DNA from: Bacteroidota bacterium
GTDB taxonomy: Bacteria > Bacteroidota > Bacteroidia > B-17B0 > Aurantibacillaceae
Direction: 5' to 3'
Length of the DNA stretch: 64,000 nucleotides
NCBI GenBank assembly: GCA_018267655.1
Contig: JAFDYB010000100.1
Span: forward strand, 7,999-71,998
The translations under genes were made by a program, and so were the position numbers. This document shows, one piece after another, positions 49,049-59,061 of this stretch. Below the pieces are notes generated by a model. That model saw only the letters and a list, made by a program, of their open reading frames with translations. It was not told the DNA's origin and did not search any database. Each line of letters begins with the position of its first letter. Positions within the stretch are counted from its first letter, which is position 1.

Positions 49049-51697
49049 ATGAAATTATTTAGAAAAATATTGCTAATTACTTCTTTCATTTTGAGCTACC
49101 AAATATTTGCTCAAAATTTAATTACTATTTCTGGAGCTTATGTTAATATTAATGGTGGTACAATTGCTACGCCAATTTATGTAGTAGTTAACGAGCCAAG
49201 TACTATGGCAATTACAAGAACATCGGGTCATGCAATTTCTGAAGGGCAATATAATTTTATAAGATGGAAATCATCTTCAAACACAGGCTCCTACACATTC
49301 CCTTTTGGAGTGGGCGGCACTCCTACAAACTATATTCCATTTACGTTTAATAAAATTACAGGAAGTGGTGATATTGATATGAGTACATGGGCCACTAATT
49401 CTCAAAATATGCCTCACCCAAACACTAGCAATGTTTCTGCTGTAACAAGTATGACTTGTACTAGCGATTCGGTACAAAGGGCTGTTGACAGATTTTGGGA
49501 CATAAGAGCCTCTGCTACAACTGCTAATTTAAATTTTTCTTATTTAGGAACAGAGAATACCACATCTGCACCAACAGCACCGCTAAAAGCTATTCATTGG
49601 AATGGCTCTAGTTGGGATCCTCCTGTTAATCCCGGCAATTCTGGCGTTGTTGCAGGCGTTGGTACGGTTGGGCCTACTTCTCCACAGTCATCATTTTCAC
49701 CTTGGACACTTGTAAACTACCAACCACCTGTAATTAGTGTAATTAATACAAAAAGTATTTCGTGCTATGGAGTAAGTGATGGTTCGGCTACAGTAAGTGT
49801 TACAAACGGTGCTCCAAGTTATACCTATAATTGGTCGCCCAGCGGACAAAGCACAGCCACACTCACAAACGTGCCTTATGGTATTCATTCTGTAACCGTA
49901 ACCGATTGTAATTTTAAAACAGACACTATAAGTGTATCACTTACCCAACCAAGTAATGTAACATTAAGTGTTGCGTATAGTAGTGTTACTTGTTTTGGCA
50001 GTAATAATGGTTTTGCAACAACTACAGTTAGTGGTGGTATGGGAGCATACACCTATACGTGGCTGCCAATATCTGCAAATACAAACTCAGTAAGCAACCT
50101 TGCGCCAAATACTTATACAATTTACACCGCAGATTTAAATAATTGCATTAAACAAAATACATTTACCATTCAGCAACCAAGTGCAATTGCGATTGCGATA
50201 ACAAGCACTAACGTATCGTGTTACAGTTTTAGTAATGCCATTGCATCAAGTACTGTTACAGGTGGTACCGGTTCGTATAGTTACGTTTGGAGTCCGCAAG
50301 GGGGTAGTAGCAATGTGGCAACAAATTTACCGACAGGCAATTATACGATTACGGCAGTAGATGCAAATACCTGCTCAAGCTCACAAACAGTGGCAATAAC
50401 CCAACCAGCTTTATTTTCTTTAGTCGCATCGCCAAATACCACCATTTGTTATGGCACCAGCACATTATTATCTGCAAATGTTAGTGGCGGCACTGCGCCT
50501 TATACATATTCATGGAATCCATCTATTATAAGTGGAAGTGGTCCTTCAGCCGTTAATCCTACAGTAACAAGTTTATACCAAGTTTATGCAGTTGATGTTA
50601 ATAATTGCACAACCCCAACACAAACAATAACGGTAAGCGTTTTGCCTCAGTTAACGTCTGCCGGCATGCAAATAGCTGTTTGCGACAGAAGTACCGCCAC
50701 TTTATACAGTACATTAACTAGCGCCGGTAATGGTGGGCCTTATAATTATTTGTGGTCAAATGGTGCAACTACTCCTTCAATAACGCTATTAGCTAATTCA
50801 ATGCTTGGAGCAAATCAGCAATATACACTAACTATTTCTGATGCGTGTACAGTTCCTAATGCTATTGCAATATCAACACTTATTGTAAATCCAAAGCCAA
50901 CGGGCAGTTTTTCGGCAAATATTCAAAAAGGTTGTGTGCCATTAAATGTGAATTTTACAGGGGTATCAAGCAGTAGTGGAAACACTTTTTATTGGAATTT
51001 TGGAAATGGAAGCGTTGCAACAGGAAATAATCCTAATATAGCATACTCTACAAGCGGATCATTTTCAGTATCGTTAGAAATCACATCACCGTTGGGTTGC
51101 AAACTCGATACAAGTGTAGTAAATTATATCAACGTATATCCATATCCCATTGCTGATTTTACTGCCAGCAGTTATTCGGTGTCTGCATTTTCTCCTGAAA
51201 TTTCCTTTTACAATCAATCTATAGGTGCTTCAACCTATCAGTGGGATTTTGGAGATTATTCGTCATCAGCAAATACATCTTTGCTTACAAACCCTACGCA
51301 TTTGTATTCAATACTAACTGGTACCTTTAATGTGCTATTAATGGCTGAAAACATGTTTGGTTGCCGTAGCTATACTCTTAAAAATATTTATGTAGAACCT
51401 GAGTTTTATGTGTATATACCAAATGCGTTTACGCCTGATGGCAATAATCTTAATGATAGCTTTAATGTAAAAGGAATGGGCATAAACGATAAAAGTGGGT
51501 TTTTAATGACTATTTATGATAGATGGGGGGAGCAAATATTTTCGACAACAAATTTTTACGAGGGATGGAACGGTATATACAAAGGAAAAAAAGTGAAAGA
51601 AGATGTTTATGTATATAAAGTTACTTTGTTAGACGTTTTTGGTCAAATACATGAATATGCCGGAAGCGTTACAGCCTTATGCGATGACTCTCGGTAA
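49049..51697 (+). CDS. SprB-repeat / PKD adhesin with type B T9SS (gliding motility-associated) C-terminal domain
   Basis: 882 aa with a signal peptide ending QIFAQ. At least 4 SprB-type repeats (CYGVSDGSATVSVTNGAPSYTYNWSP and similar) and two PKD-like domains (CVPLNVNFTG...WNFGNG; YQWDFGD). C-terminus YIPNAFTPDGNNLNDSF...IYDRWGEQIF...WNG is typical of the type B CTD. Confidence 0.75.
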   Translation: MKLFRKILLITSFILSYQIFAQNLITISGAYVNINGGTIATPIYVVVNEPSTMAITRTSGHAISEGQYNFIRWKSSSNTGSYTFPFGVGGTPTNYIPFTFNKITGSGDIDMSTWATNSQNMPHPNTSNVSAVTSMTCTSDSVQRAVDRFWDIRASATTANLNFSYLGTENTTSAPTAPLKAIHWNGSSWDPPVNPGNSGVVAGVGTVGPTSPQSSFSPWTLVNYQPPVISVINTKSISCYGVSDGSATVSVTNGAPSYTYNWSPSGQSTATLTNVPYGIHSVTVTDCNFKTDTISVSLTQPSNVTLSVAYSSVTCFGSNNGFATTTVSGGMGAYTYTWLPISANTNSVSNLAPNTYTIYTADLNNCIKQNTFTIQQPSAIAIAITSTNVSCYSFSNAIASSTVTGGTGSYSYVWSPQGGSSNVATNLPTGNYTITAVDANTCSSSQTVAITQPALFSLVASPNTTICYGTSTLLSANVSGGTAPYTYSWNPSIISGSGPSAVNPTVTSLYQVYAVDVNNCTTPTQTITVSVLPQLTSAGMQIAVCDRSTATLYSTLTSAGNGGPYNYLWSNGATTPSITLLANSMLGANQQYTLTISDACTVPNAIAISTLIVNPKPTGSFSANIQKGCVPLNVNFTGVSSSSGNTFYWNFGNGSVATGNNPNIAYSTSGSFSVSLEITSPLGCKLDTSVVNYINVYPYPIADFTASSYSVSAFSPEISFYNQSIGASTYQWDFGDYSSSANTSLLTNPTHLYSILTGTFNVLLMAENMFGCRSYTLKNIYVEPEFYVYIPNAFTPDGNNLNDSFNVKGMGINDKSGFLMTIYDRWGEQIFSTTNFYEGWNGIYKGKKVKEDVYVYKVTLLDVFGQIHEYAGSVTALCDDSR

Positions 51698-51699
51698 AA

Positions 51700-52707
51700 C
51701 TAATTCAACTGTTCCCAAAGCATATCCTTTAATTGACTAATATTTTTATTTGTTAATGATGAGATAAAAATAAAAGGAATTTTTGAAGCGCCTTTCAGTT
51801 TTTTATTTATCTCTTTTGTAAGAGCTTCTTCTAGTTCACTATCAAGTTGGTCAGATTTTGTAATAGCTAATATTCGTTTTTTAGTGAGCAAATCTTTATT
51901 GAATTTTTTTAATTCGCTCAATAATATTTTATACTCCTCAACAATGTCGTTTGCTTCGCAGCTGACCATAAATAATAAGGCACTATTACGTTCTATATGA
52001 CGTAAAAATCTTAGTCCAAGTCCGCGCCCCTCACTGGCTCCTTCAATAATACCAGGTATATCAGCCATTACAAAACTTTTATAATCGTGGTAGGGTACTA
52101 TGCCTAAATTAGGAACTAATGTGGTAAATGGGTAGTTTGCAATTTCAGGTTTAGCAGCACTAACTACAGATAATAAGGTTGATTTACCAGCATTTGGAAA
52201 ACCAACCAATCCTATATCTGCAAGCAGTTTTAATTCGAGTACTTTCCATTCTTGGCCACCGTCTTCACCAGGTTGTGCAAAGCGAGGTGTTTGCAGGGTG
52301 GGGGTTTTAAAATTAGAATTTCCTAAACCTCCTCTTCCACCGGCTAGCAAAATCACCTCTTGTCCATCGTCGGTTATTTCAAACAAAACATTGCCTGTTT
52401 CAGCATCTTTAGCTACTGTTCCTAAGGGCACTTCTAGTATTATATCTTCGCCTTGTTTACCGGCACTATTACCACTCCGTCCATTTTCGCCGGCACCTGC
52501 AATAACGTGTTTACGATATTTTAAGTGAATCAAAGTCCAATATTGTGTACTACCTTTAAGTATAATATGTCCGCCTCTTCCGCCATTGCCTCCATCTGGC
52601 CCTCCTTTTGCGGTTAGTTTGTCGCGATGAAAATGCACAGATCCTGCCCCACCTTTGCCACTACGGCAGCAAATTTTTACATAATCAACAAAGTTACTAT
52701 TAGCCAT
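51700..52707 (-). CDS. obgE: GTPase Obg/CgtA
   Basis: 335 aa with a Gly-rich Obg fold ([22 protein letters not shown]) and G-motifs [13 protein letters not shown] and TKSD. Confidence 0.92.
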   Translation of the reverse strand: MANSNFVDYVKICCRSGKGGAGSVHFHRDKLTAKGGPDGGNGGRGGHIILKGSTQYWTLIHLKYRKHVIAGAGENGRSGNSAGKQGEDIILEVPLGTVAKDAETGNVLFEITDDGQEVILLAGGRGGLGNSNFKTPTLQTPRFAQPGEDGGQEWKVLELKLLADIGLVGFPNAGKSTLLSVVSAAKPEIANYPFTTLVPNLGIVPYHDYKSFVMADIPGIIEGASEGRGLGLRFLRHIERNSALLFMVSCEANDIVEEYKILLSELKKFNKDLLTKKRILAITKSDQLDSELEEALTKEINKKLKGASKIPFIFISSLTNKNISQLKDMLWEQLN

Positions 52708-52724
52708 TAGAAAAATTTACAAAA

Positions 52725-53900
52725 TTATTTGCGCTTTTTAGTTTTTGATTTAGTTACACTTTTTTTTAGTGCCGTGTTTTTAGCTGACGTTGGTTTAGCG
52801 CTTTTTTTAATACCGGATTTGTTTTTAGTTGGGCTAACAACTTTTTTTATTGTTTTTTTTCTAGCTACTTTTTTTGTAGATTTTTTATGTACTTGCTTTA
52901 AAGACTTTGTGATTTTTTTTTCAGGTTTAGCCCTTTTTACAACTTTAGTTTTTACAATTTTTTTAAGGCTTGGTTTTTTAATTTTTGATTTAGCAATTGC
53001 TTTTTTATTTGACCCTACTTTTTTAATAGCTTTTTTAGGGCTTAGTTTTTTGCTTTTTGATGTAGTAGATGCTTTTTTATTTGACGTTGTCTTTTTGGTA
53101 GATTGCTTTTTAGAATCTTTTTTAGCAATTGATTTTGCAATTTTTTTAATTGTTTTTTTTGCCGATTTTTCTTCTTCTGCCTCTTCTGCTTCTGCTCTGC
53201 GAATGGCATCTATTTCTAAAATTAACTCGGGCTCTATTTCATTTGCCACTGCATAATCTTGAACAGTGAGATCTAGATCTTCAAGCTCATTTTCAAGGGC
53301 AGTTAATTCCATTTCAATATTTACAAATGAAATTCGTTTTATTAAATCGTTAAATATTTCTTGAACTGTACCAATACCACATATACTATGATATTTACTC
53401 TGTTGTGCGTAATAATTGATAAGCGGCATTGTTTCGTTGTTATACACTGAAATACGTTTTCGTATAATTTCTTCATTGCTATCATCTGGACGACCGCTGT
53501 TTTTACCACGTTCTAATAAACGTTTCACCAACTCTTCGTTATTAACTTCAAGCGAAAGCATTGCGCTTATGCCGGTTCCTTTTTTTTGTAACAAATCATC
53601 TAAAGCCTCTGCTTGAGCTGTTGTGCGCGGAAACCCATCAAAAATAAAACCTTTCGCTTCGGGGTTATTGTCTATTTTATTTTCAATTATGCCAATTACA
53701 ATTGCATCACTTACTAGCTCACCCCTATCCATAATTTCTTTTGCTTTAATTCCAAGAGGTGTTCCTGTTTTAATTTCATGTCTAAGCAAGTCGCCTGTGC
53801 TTAAATGTACCAAGTTATATTTTTCAATTAAGTTAAGCGATTGTGTACCTTTGCCGGCACCAGGAGGGCCAAACAAAACAATATTTAGCATTTTATTCAT
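52725..53900 (-). CDS. adk: Adenylate kinase fused to an acidic linker and a lysine-rich histone-H1-like tail
   Basis: aa 1-190 form a complete short-type Adk (LFGPPGAGKGTQ, GFIFDGFPRT, RPDD). aa ~195-245 are acidic (ELEDLDL..AEAEEAEEE). aa ~246-391 are roughly 40% Lys by eye, with SPKK-like motifs (LSPKKAIKK). There is no stop or frame change between the parts. Confidence 0.85.
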   Translation of the reverse strand: MNKMLNIVLFGPPGAGKGTQSLNLIEKYNLVHLSTGDLLRHEIKTGTPLGIKAKEIMDRGELVSDAIVIGIIENKIDNNPEAKGFIFDGFPRTTAQAEALDDLLQKKGTGISAMLSLEVNNEELVKRLLERGKNSGRPDDSNEEIIRKRISVYNNETMPLINYYAQQSKYHSICGIGTVQEIFNDLIKRISFVNIEMELTALENELEDLDLTVQDYAVANEIEPELILEIDAIRRAEAEEAEEEKSAKKTIKKIAKSIAKKDSKKQSTKKTTSNKKASTTSKSKKLSPKKAIKKVGSNKKAIAKSKIKKPSLKKIVKTKVVKRAKPEKKITKSLKQVHKKSTKKVARKKTIKKVVSPTKNKSGIKKSAKPTSAKNTALKKSVTKSKTKKRK

Positions 53901-53909
53901 TTTTTAAAG

Positions 53910-54455
53910 TTAAACAATTATATATAATTCTTTTAAATTTCTTCCGTAACCATCATAATCGAGTCCATAGCCAATTACAAATTCGTTTTCAATTTCTATG
54001 CCTACAAAATCAATAGGGTATTTTTTATTATATGATTTAGGTTTGAGTAAAGCGGTTGCAACCTTTATTTCAGCAACATTTTTTTTCATTAACACGTTGT
54101 AAAGTTTTTCAAGTGTTACACCTGTGTCCACTATATCTTCAATAATAACAATGTTTTTATTCGTAAGATCTTCTGTTAGGCCAATTAATTCAGTTACGGC
54201 ACCTGAACTGCTTGTACCATGATAGCTTGCAACTTTTATAAATGAAATTTGGCACGGGAAGGCAATGTTTTTTAGCAAATCAGAGGCAAACATAAACGAG
54301 CCATTTAAAACTACAAGAAATACAGGATTTTTAGCACTCATTTCAGCATTAATTTTATTGGCAACATTCTGTACTGCCTTTAATATTGAGGCTTCTGAAA
54401 TAAAGGGTTTAAATTGTTTATCTTTTACAGAAATAATAGTGTGCATCAATTGCAA
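53910..54455 (-). CDS. hpt: Hypoxanthine(-guanine) phosphoribosyltransferase
   Basis: 181 aa with the PRPP-binding motif VIIEDIVDTGVTL and the C-terminal GYGLDY motif. Confidence 0.88.
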   Translation of the reverse strand: MQLMHTIISVKDKQFKPFISEASILKAVQNVANKINAEMSAKNPVFLVVLNGSFMFASDLLKNIAFPCQISFIKVASYHGTSSSGAVTELIGLTEDLTNKNIVIIEDIVDTGVTLEKLYNVLMKKNVAEIKVATALLKPKSYNKKYPIDFVGIEIENEFVIGYGLDYDGYGRNLKELYIIV

Positions 54456-54489
54456 AGATAGCTTTTTTAAGCTTTTATCCTCAAATTAA

Positions 54490-56841
54490 TTAAGCTTTTA
54501 GCCCGAAAACCAAAATGTCATCGGTTTGTTCGGTATCTGCGCCCCAGTTGTTAATGTATTTTATTAGATAATCGTATTGTTCGCTCATTGGCATGTGCCT
54601 TATTGAAATAAGTATTTCTTTAAAGCGTTTGCTCATTAGCTTTTTTTTATCAGGACCGCCAAATTGGTCTGCAAATCCATCGCTGGTTAAATAAATTATA
54701 TCGCCTTTTTGAATGGGTATTTTATTTTGTTCAAATTCTTGATTAGCGGGTGTTAAGCCTCCTATTGCTTGCTTTGTTGCTTTTATCTCTGTAATTGAGT
54801 TTTCATTTTTCTTCAATAACCAAAAAGGGCGATTTGCTCCAGAGTACTCAACATTAAACGAATCGTTTTTAGAATAGTTTATAGGTATTGAACACAGGCA
54901 AATATCCATGCCATCTCTTGTTCCGTCTTTGTTTTCTTGCCTTAAAGCTGATTTTATACCTATGTTTAACTGTTTTAAAATTTCGCCGGTATGAGAGCTT
55001 ATGCTACAAGCATCTTTAAGTTTTTCACTTCCAATCATGCTCATAAATGCACCCGGTACGCCATGTCCCGTGCAATCAACTACAGCAAACATCACATTAC
55101 CATTTCCATTTTTATCGTCTGCGTGTTGATCAGAAAAAAAATAGAAATCGCCACTTACAATGTCTTTCGGTTTATATAAAATAAAATAATCTTTTAAGTA
55201 AACATCTATTTCGTCGTTTGTTGGTAAAATTGCATGTTGAATTCGTTTGGCGTATTGGATGCTTTGTTCGGTTTCAATATTTTTAAGTTCAATTATTTTA
55301 CTTTTTTCTTCAATTTCAGTTGCTTGTTTAGCTAACATAGCATTTGCTTTCTTTTTTTGTTTAAAATTTCGGTATAAAAAGAAAGCGAATACGGCAATGA
55401 TTAGTACTACAACAAGCATTATATATAGGTAAATTAAATTTTGTTTTAGCTCACGCTCTTTAATGCTTTTTTCGCGGTTTGCAACTTCAAGCTCTTGCTC
55501 TTTAATGCTTGATGTATGTTTTTCTTGGCTTAACGCAGTTTCTGTTTCTGATAGCTGGTTTTCCTTTTGCTTTATTTCAAGTTCTTGCATTTTACGAAGT
55601 AAAGCCAAGCGCTCAAATTCTCTGTTTTTTTTGTCAACTTGAAGTTCTTGTAATTTAATTTTTTCTTGCTGTCGCTTTAATTCAAGGTCTTTTATTTGCT
55701 TTTCTTTTTCATGAATTTCTTTTTCATTTTCAGCTTCTCCTGCTTGACGTTCAGCTTCAACTTTTTGTGCGGCTATTTCTGCTTCGCGTTGTTTTAGTTC
55801 TGCTTCTTTAAGTTGTTGCGCCTTTGTTAAAAGTTCAATTTCTTTTTCTTTTTTTTCTGCGTCTATGCGCAAATTCTCAATTTCCAGTTTTTTATTGTCT
55901 TCTGCTGCTTTTGCTAATAATAACTTTGTGGTTTTGCTAATTCCGTCAAATTCTTTTTTAAACATATTAATATATGCCCCATCTGAAGTAAAATTATTTT
56001 TGCGTTTATTGTAATATATTTTACTTGTTGGCTTATTGAGTAAAAAACCAAAAATTTCGTTTGAAGCAGCGGCTGCAAAATTATCATGCATTACAACTTT
56101 CCAATTATTTAGCTCGTATTTAGATGTATCTAATAAATTATTGGTTGTAGTATTAATTAAAATCGTTTGTTCATTATAGCCTTGTTTTTTAAAATGAATA
56201 GTGTATTCAAAATTTAATTCGAGTTTGCACTCAAAATTACCTTGAGCATCACTTTTAATTTCCAAGTAATTTAAATCATGCCTTTCAACTTGAACTTTTA
56301 CGCCATCAAGTGGCTTACCAAGTGTTTTTTGAACATTTCCGGAAAATTTTAAATAAGCATTTTGCAAGTCGGTATTTGAAATACGTTTTATTTTATTTCC
56401 ATTTGCATCAAACACGTAATAATCGCCAACAAATGTAGAGCCTTGTAATTGCCCCTCCATAACTATTTTCCCGTCTGTATCGTAAAAACGCGCAGTACCG
56501 GTTGAAACATCGTTAGCATAATTTATTTCGCTTTTAATTTTATTAGTGTAATGATAGGCTTTCCAAAGCTTATGTTTTTTATCGTTGCTATAGTAACCAT
56601 CTTCTACTACTTGCTTGCTATTAAAGAGCCTATGCGCCCAACCTCTTCTATCTCTCCCAAAATATATCCACCGTCCCTGTTTTAGTCCATTGGCATCAAT
56701 TTTATTAATAGTATCGCCAAGGTATATTTCAAAACTCTTGTAAGGAGATTTTTGAGCGTAAAGCTTTGCGAAAATTACAAATAGTATTATTATTTTATTT
56801 TTCAGAAGATAGCGTTTTAATTCAAAAATAATAAATTTTAT
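54490..56841 (-). CDS. Membrane PP2C/SpoIIE-family phosphatase with an extracytoplasmic sensor region and a long coiled coil
   Basis: C-terminal PP2C (SGDFYFF, VVDCTGHGVPGAFMSMIG, TSDGFADQ). One TM helix (LIYLYIMLVVVLIIAVFAFFL). A ~170-aa E/K/Q coiled coil. The ORF track starts at 56460, but the frame stays open to 56841 and encodes a signal peptide and MORN/YwqK-like repeats. The start codon is uncertain (ATT 56827-29 or 56830-32, or ATA 56839-41). Confidence 0.75.
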   Translation of the reverse strand: MKFIIFELKRYLLKNKIIILFVIFAKLYAQKSPYKSFEIYLGDTINKIDANGLKQGRWIYFGRDRRGWAHRLFNSKQVVEDGYYSNDKKHKLWKAYHYTNKIKSEINYANDVSTGTARFYDTDGKIVMEGQLQGSTFVGDYYVFDANGNKIKRISNTDLQNAYLKFSGNVQKTLGKPLDGVKVQVERHDLNYLEIKSDAQGNFECKLELNFEYTIHFKKQGYNEQTILINTTTNNLLDTSKYELNNWKVVMHDNFAAAASNEIFGFLLNKPTSKIYYNKRKNNFTSDGAYINMFKKEFDGISKTTKLLLAKAAEDNKKLEIENLRIDAEKKEKEIELLTKAQQLKEAELKQREAEIAAQKVEAERQAGEAENEKEIHEKEKQIKDLELKRQQEKIKLQELQVDKKNREFERLALLRKMQELEIKQKENQLSETETALSQEKHTSSIKEQELEVANREKSIKERELKQNLIYLYIMLVVVLIIAVFAFFLYRNFKQKKKANAMLAKQATEIEEKSKIIELKNIETEQSIQYAKRIQHAILPTNDEIDVYLKDYFILYKPKDIVSGDFYFFSDQHADDKNGNGNVMFAVVDCTGHGVPGAFMSMIGSEKLKDACSISSHTGEILKQLNIGIKSALRQENKDGTRDGMDICLCSIPINYSKNDSFNVEYSGANRPFWLLKKNENSITEIKATKQAIGGLTPANQEFEQNKIPIQKGDIIYLTSDGFADQFGGPDKKKLMSKRFKEILISIRHMPMSEQYDYLIKYINNWGADTEQTDDILVFGLKA

Positions 56842-56863
56842 TTAAATGGTATTAAAAGTAGCT

Positions 56864-56896
56864 TAGTACAAATATTCTTTACTTAAGTTTGTACTA
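56864..56896 (-). terminator. Hairpin after the OmpA-family gene
   Basis: Perfect 9-bp stem tagtacaaa / tttgtacta with a 15-nt loop, directly downstream of the 56899 stop. The following T-run is weak. Confidence 0.4.
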
Positions 56897-56898
56897 AA

Positions 56899-59040
56899 TT
56901 ATTTTGCCAGAATTTTAAACTCGGTACGACGATTGTTTTGCCTGCCCTCATCAGTATCGTTAGTATCAATAGGTTTTGTTTCGCCGTAACCTTTTGCCAC
57001 TAATCTTGTTGCGTTTATTCCTTTAGTAATGAGATAATCAACAACTGATTTTGAGCGCGAGTCGCTCAATTTTAAATTATACTCATCAGATCCTTTGCTG
57101 TCGGTGTGGCTCGATAATTCTATTTTAATTGTTGGATTATCGTTTAATAATTTTATTAAACGTTCTAATTCATTGGCCGATTCAGGGCGAATAGTTGCTT
57201 TATCAAAATCAAAGAAAATATTTTTTAAGATGATTGTACTACCAATTTCAATTTTCTTTAAAGCAACATCTTTGTTGTATTCTTGAAAGTCAGCGCCTTC
57301 GGGTAAATTAAAGTTTTCTGAATGAAATAAGTAGCCATCGCGCTTTACTGCAATACCATAATTTTTGCCACTTGGCAGGGTTACCAAATATTTTCCGGTA
57401 TTACTGTTTGATTTAAATGTTGCGAGCGTTTGATTTTTTTCATTGTCAATCAATTCTATTGATGCTTCGAGCGGTTGGTTGTTTTTTGCATCGGTAATAA
57501 TTCCTTTTAATATTGTAACTTTTGCCATTTTAACTTCAACAGCATTTTCTACTTTTAAATTACTAATTGGATTTGCAATTACGGCTAATAGTTGGTCTTG
57601 TGTGCTTAACAAAGGTTGTTTTTCAGGGCCTAAAAAGGTTATTTTATAAATATCTTGATCGCCATAACCATCTTTTTTTGCAGATGCAAAATACCCTCTG
57701 TTTCCACTGCCTGCTACAACAAAATATACGTCGTCATCAGGCCCGTTAATAGGATAACCTAAGTTAACAGGTTCGCTCCATTTGCCATTTTCAAATATTG
57801 ATTTAAATATATCATACCCTCCCATACTGTTATGGCCTTTGCTGCTAAAGTACATCGTTTTTCCATCGGGGTGCATATATACACCGTCTTCGGCATATTT
57901 TGTATTTATAACCGCTCCTAAATTTTTTGAAGGCCCCCAGTTTCCTTTAACATCTAATTCGCACATGTATATATCGCCATTTCCTAAACCTGATTCCTTA
58001 TTACTTACAAAATATAATTGGCGACCGTCATAACTTAAGCTTACTGTATTTTCATGGTATTTAGTATTGATATTTTTATTTAGTTTAACCGGCACCTCCC
58101 AGTCTGCGCCAAATAGTGTGGTTTCGTATAAATCACCACCATCTTTTGCCATATCTCTATATACATACATTTTACCTCCATCTGGCGACAATCCAGCTAC
58201 AGCATCGTGAGTTTCTGTATTAATATTTTTACTGATTTGTTTTGCGGGTTGCCATTTACCATTTATTTTGGTTGAAGTATAAATATCTTCAAAATACTTA
58301 TTGTCACCCTCATCTTTTTTACCACCGGTTGTATTATCACGGCGTGAAGTAAACATTATCGTTTCTTCATCAGCAGTAATAGCAGGGCCATAATCAGGAT
58401 AAGATGAGTTTATATTTGGACCTAAATTATCAACAAAAACTCTTTCGGGAGTAGCGCTAAATTTTTTTCCATTTTCACATTCTTGTATTTTTTTATTGAT
58501 GTCGTCAATATCAAAAGCAGCTTTTTTACCTTGTAATTTTGATAAGTGTGCCTTGTAGTGTGTAATTGCATCGTCCCATTGTGAATTTAAATGTAAGGCC
58601 CATGCGTAATAAAACTCAACATCGTCTTCAACCTTGGGGTCAATGCTAAAGGCTTCTGAAAATATTTTTAACATTGTTTTGTTACCTGGGTCAATAATAA
58701 AATAGCAAATGCCAAGCATATAATTTAAACGAGCGTTTTTAGGGTTAAAGTTATAAGCCGTAGTTAATGGCGTTAAAGCGTCTTTAAAATTAGTAATACC
58801 TGCTTGGCGAAAGTCGTGGTTGCTTACTGGCGCATACTTATTTTGTGAAATAAAATCTTTTCTAAAATCGTCAAATTCTTTTCTCCCTTGCATATAAAAC
58901 TCTGTGCCAACGTCTAATTGTTTTTTAGCAAGTTTAAGCTCATCTTTTTTTCCGGGAAAATTACTTTTTTCAAATTCAACACTTTGTGAGAATAGTGAAA
59001 TAGTTATGAGTAATAAAGGGAATAGGTAATATTTTTTCAT
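56899..59040 (-). CDS. TPR / PD40 / OmpA-domain envelope protein, paralogue 3
   Basis: 713 aa with a signal peptide ending SLFSQ. PD40 repeats (PDYGPAITADEETIMFT, AGLSPDGGKMYVY, VSLSYDGRQLYF) and an OmpA domain (IFFDFDKATI...ELSSHTDSKGS...NRRTEFKI). Confidence 0.8.
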   Translation of the reverse strand: MKKYYLFPLLLITISLFSQSVEFEKSNFPGKKDELKLAKKQLDVGTEFYMQGRKEFDDFRKDFISQNKYAPVSNHDFRQAGITNFKDALTPLTTAYNFNPKNARLNYMLGICYFIIDPGNKTMLKIFSEAFSIDPKVEDDVEFYYAWALHLNSQWDDAITHYKAHLSKLQGKKAAFDIDDINKKIQECENGKKFSATPERVFVDNLGPNINSSYPDYGPAITADEETIMFTSRRDNTTGGKKDEGDNKYFEDIYTSTKINGKWQPAKQISKNINTETHDAVAGLSPDGGKMYVYRDMAKDGGDLYETTLFGADWEVPVKLNKNINTKYHENTVSLSYDGRQLYFVSNKESGLGNGDIYMCELDVKGNWGPSKNLGAVINTKYAEDGVYMHPDGKTMYFSSKGHNSMGGYDIFKSIFENGKWSEPVNLGYPINGPDDDVYFVVAGSGNRGYFASAKKDGYGDQDIYKITFLGPEKQPLLSTQDQLLAVIANPISNLKVENAVEVKMAKVTILKGIITDAKNNQPLEASIELIDNEKNQTLATFKSNSNTGKYLVTLPSGKNYGIAVKRDGYLFHSENFNLPEGADFQEYNKDVALKKIEIGSTIILKNIFFDFDKATIRPESANELERLIKLLNDNPTIKIELSSHTDSKGSDEYNLKLSDSRSKSVVDYLITKGINATRLVAKGYGETKPIDTNDTDEGRQNNRRTEFKILAK

Positions 59041-59061
59041 AGCTGTTAGTTGTTATAATAA

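Noticed and set aside
52729-53256. 175-aa plus-strand ORF rich in Phe/Leu
   Set aside because: It is the antisense image of the Lys-rich (AAA/AAG) tail of adk. This is a low-complexity artefact with no independent signal.
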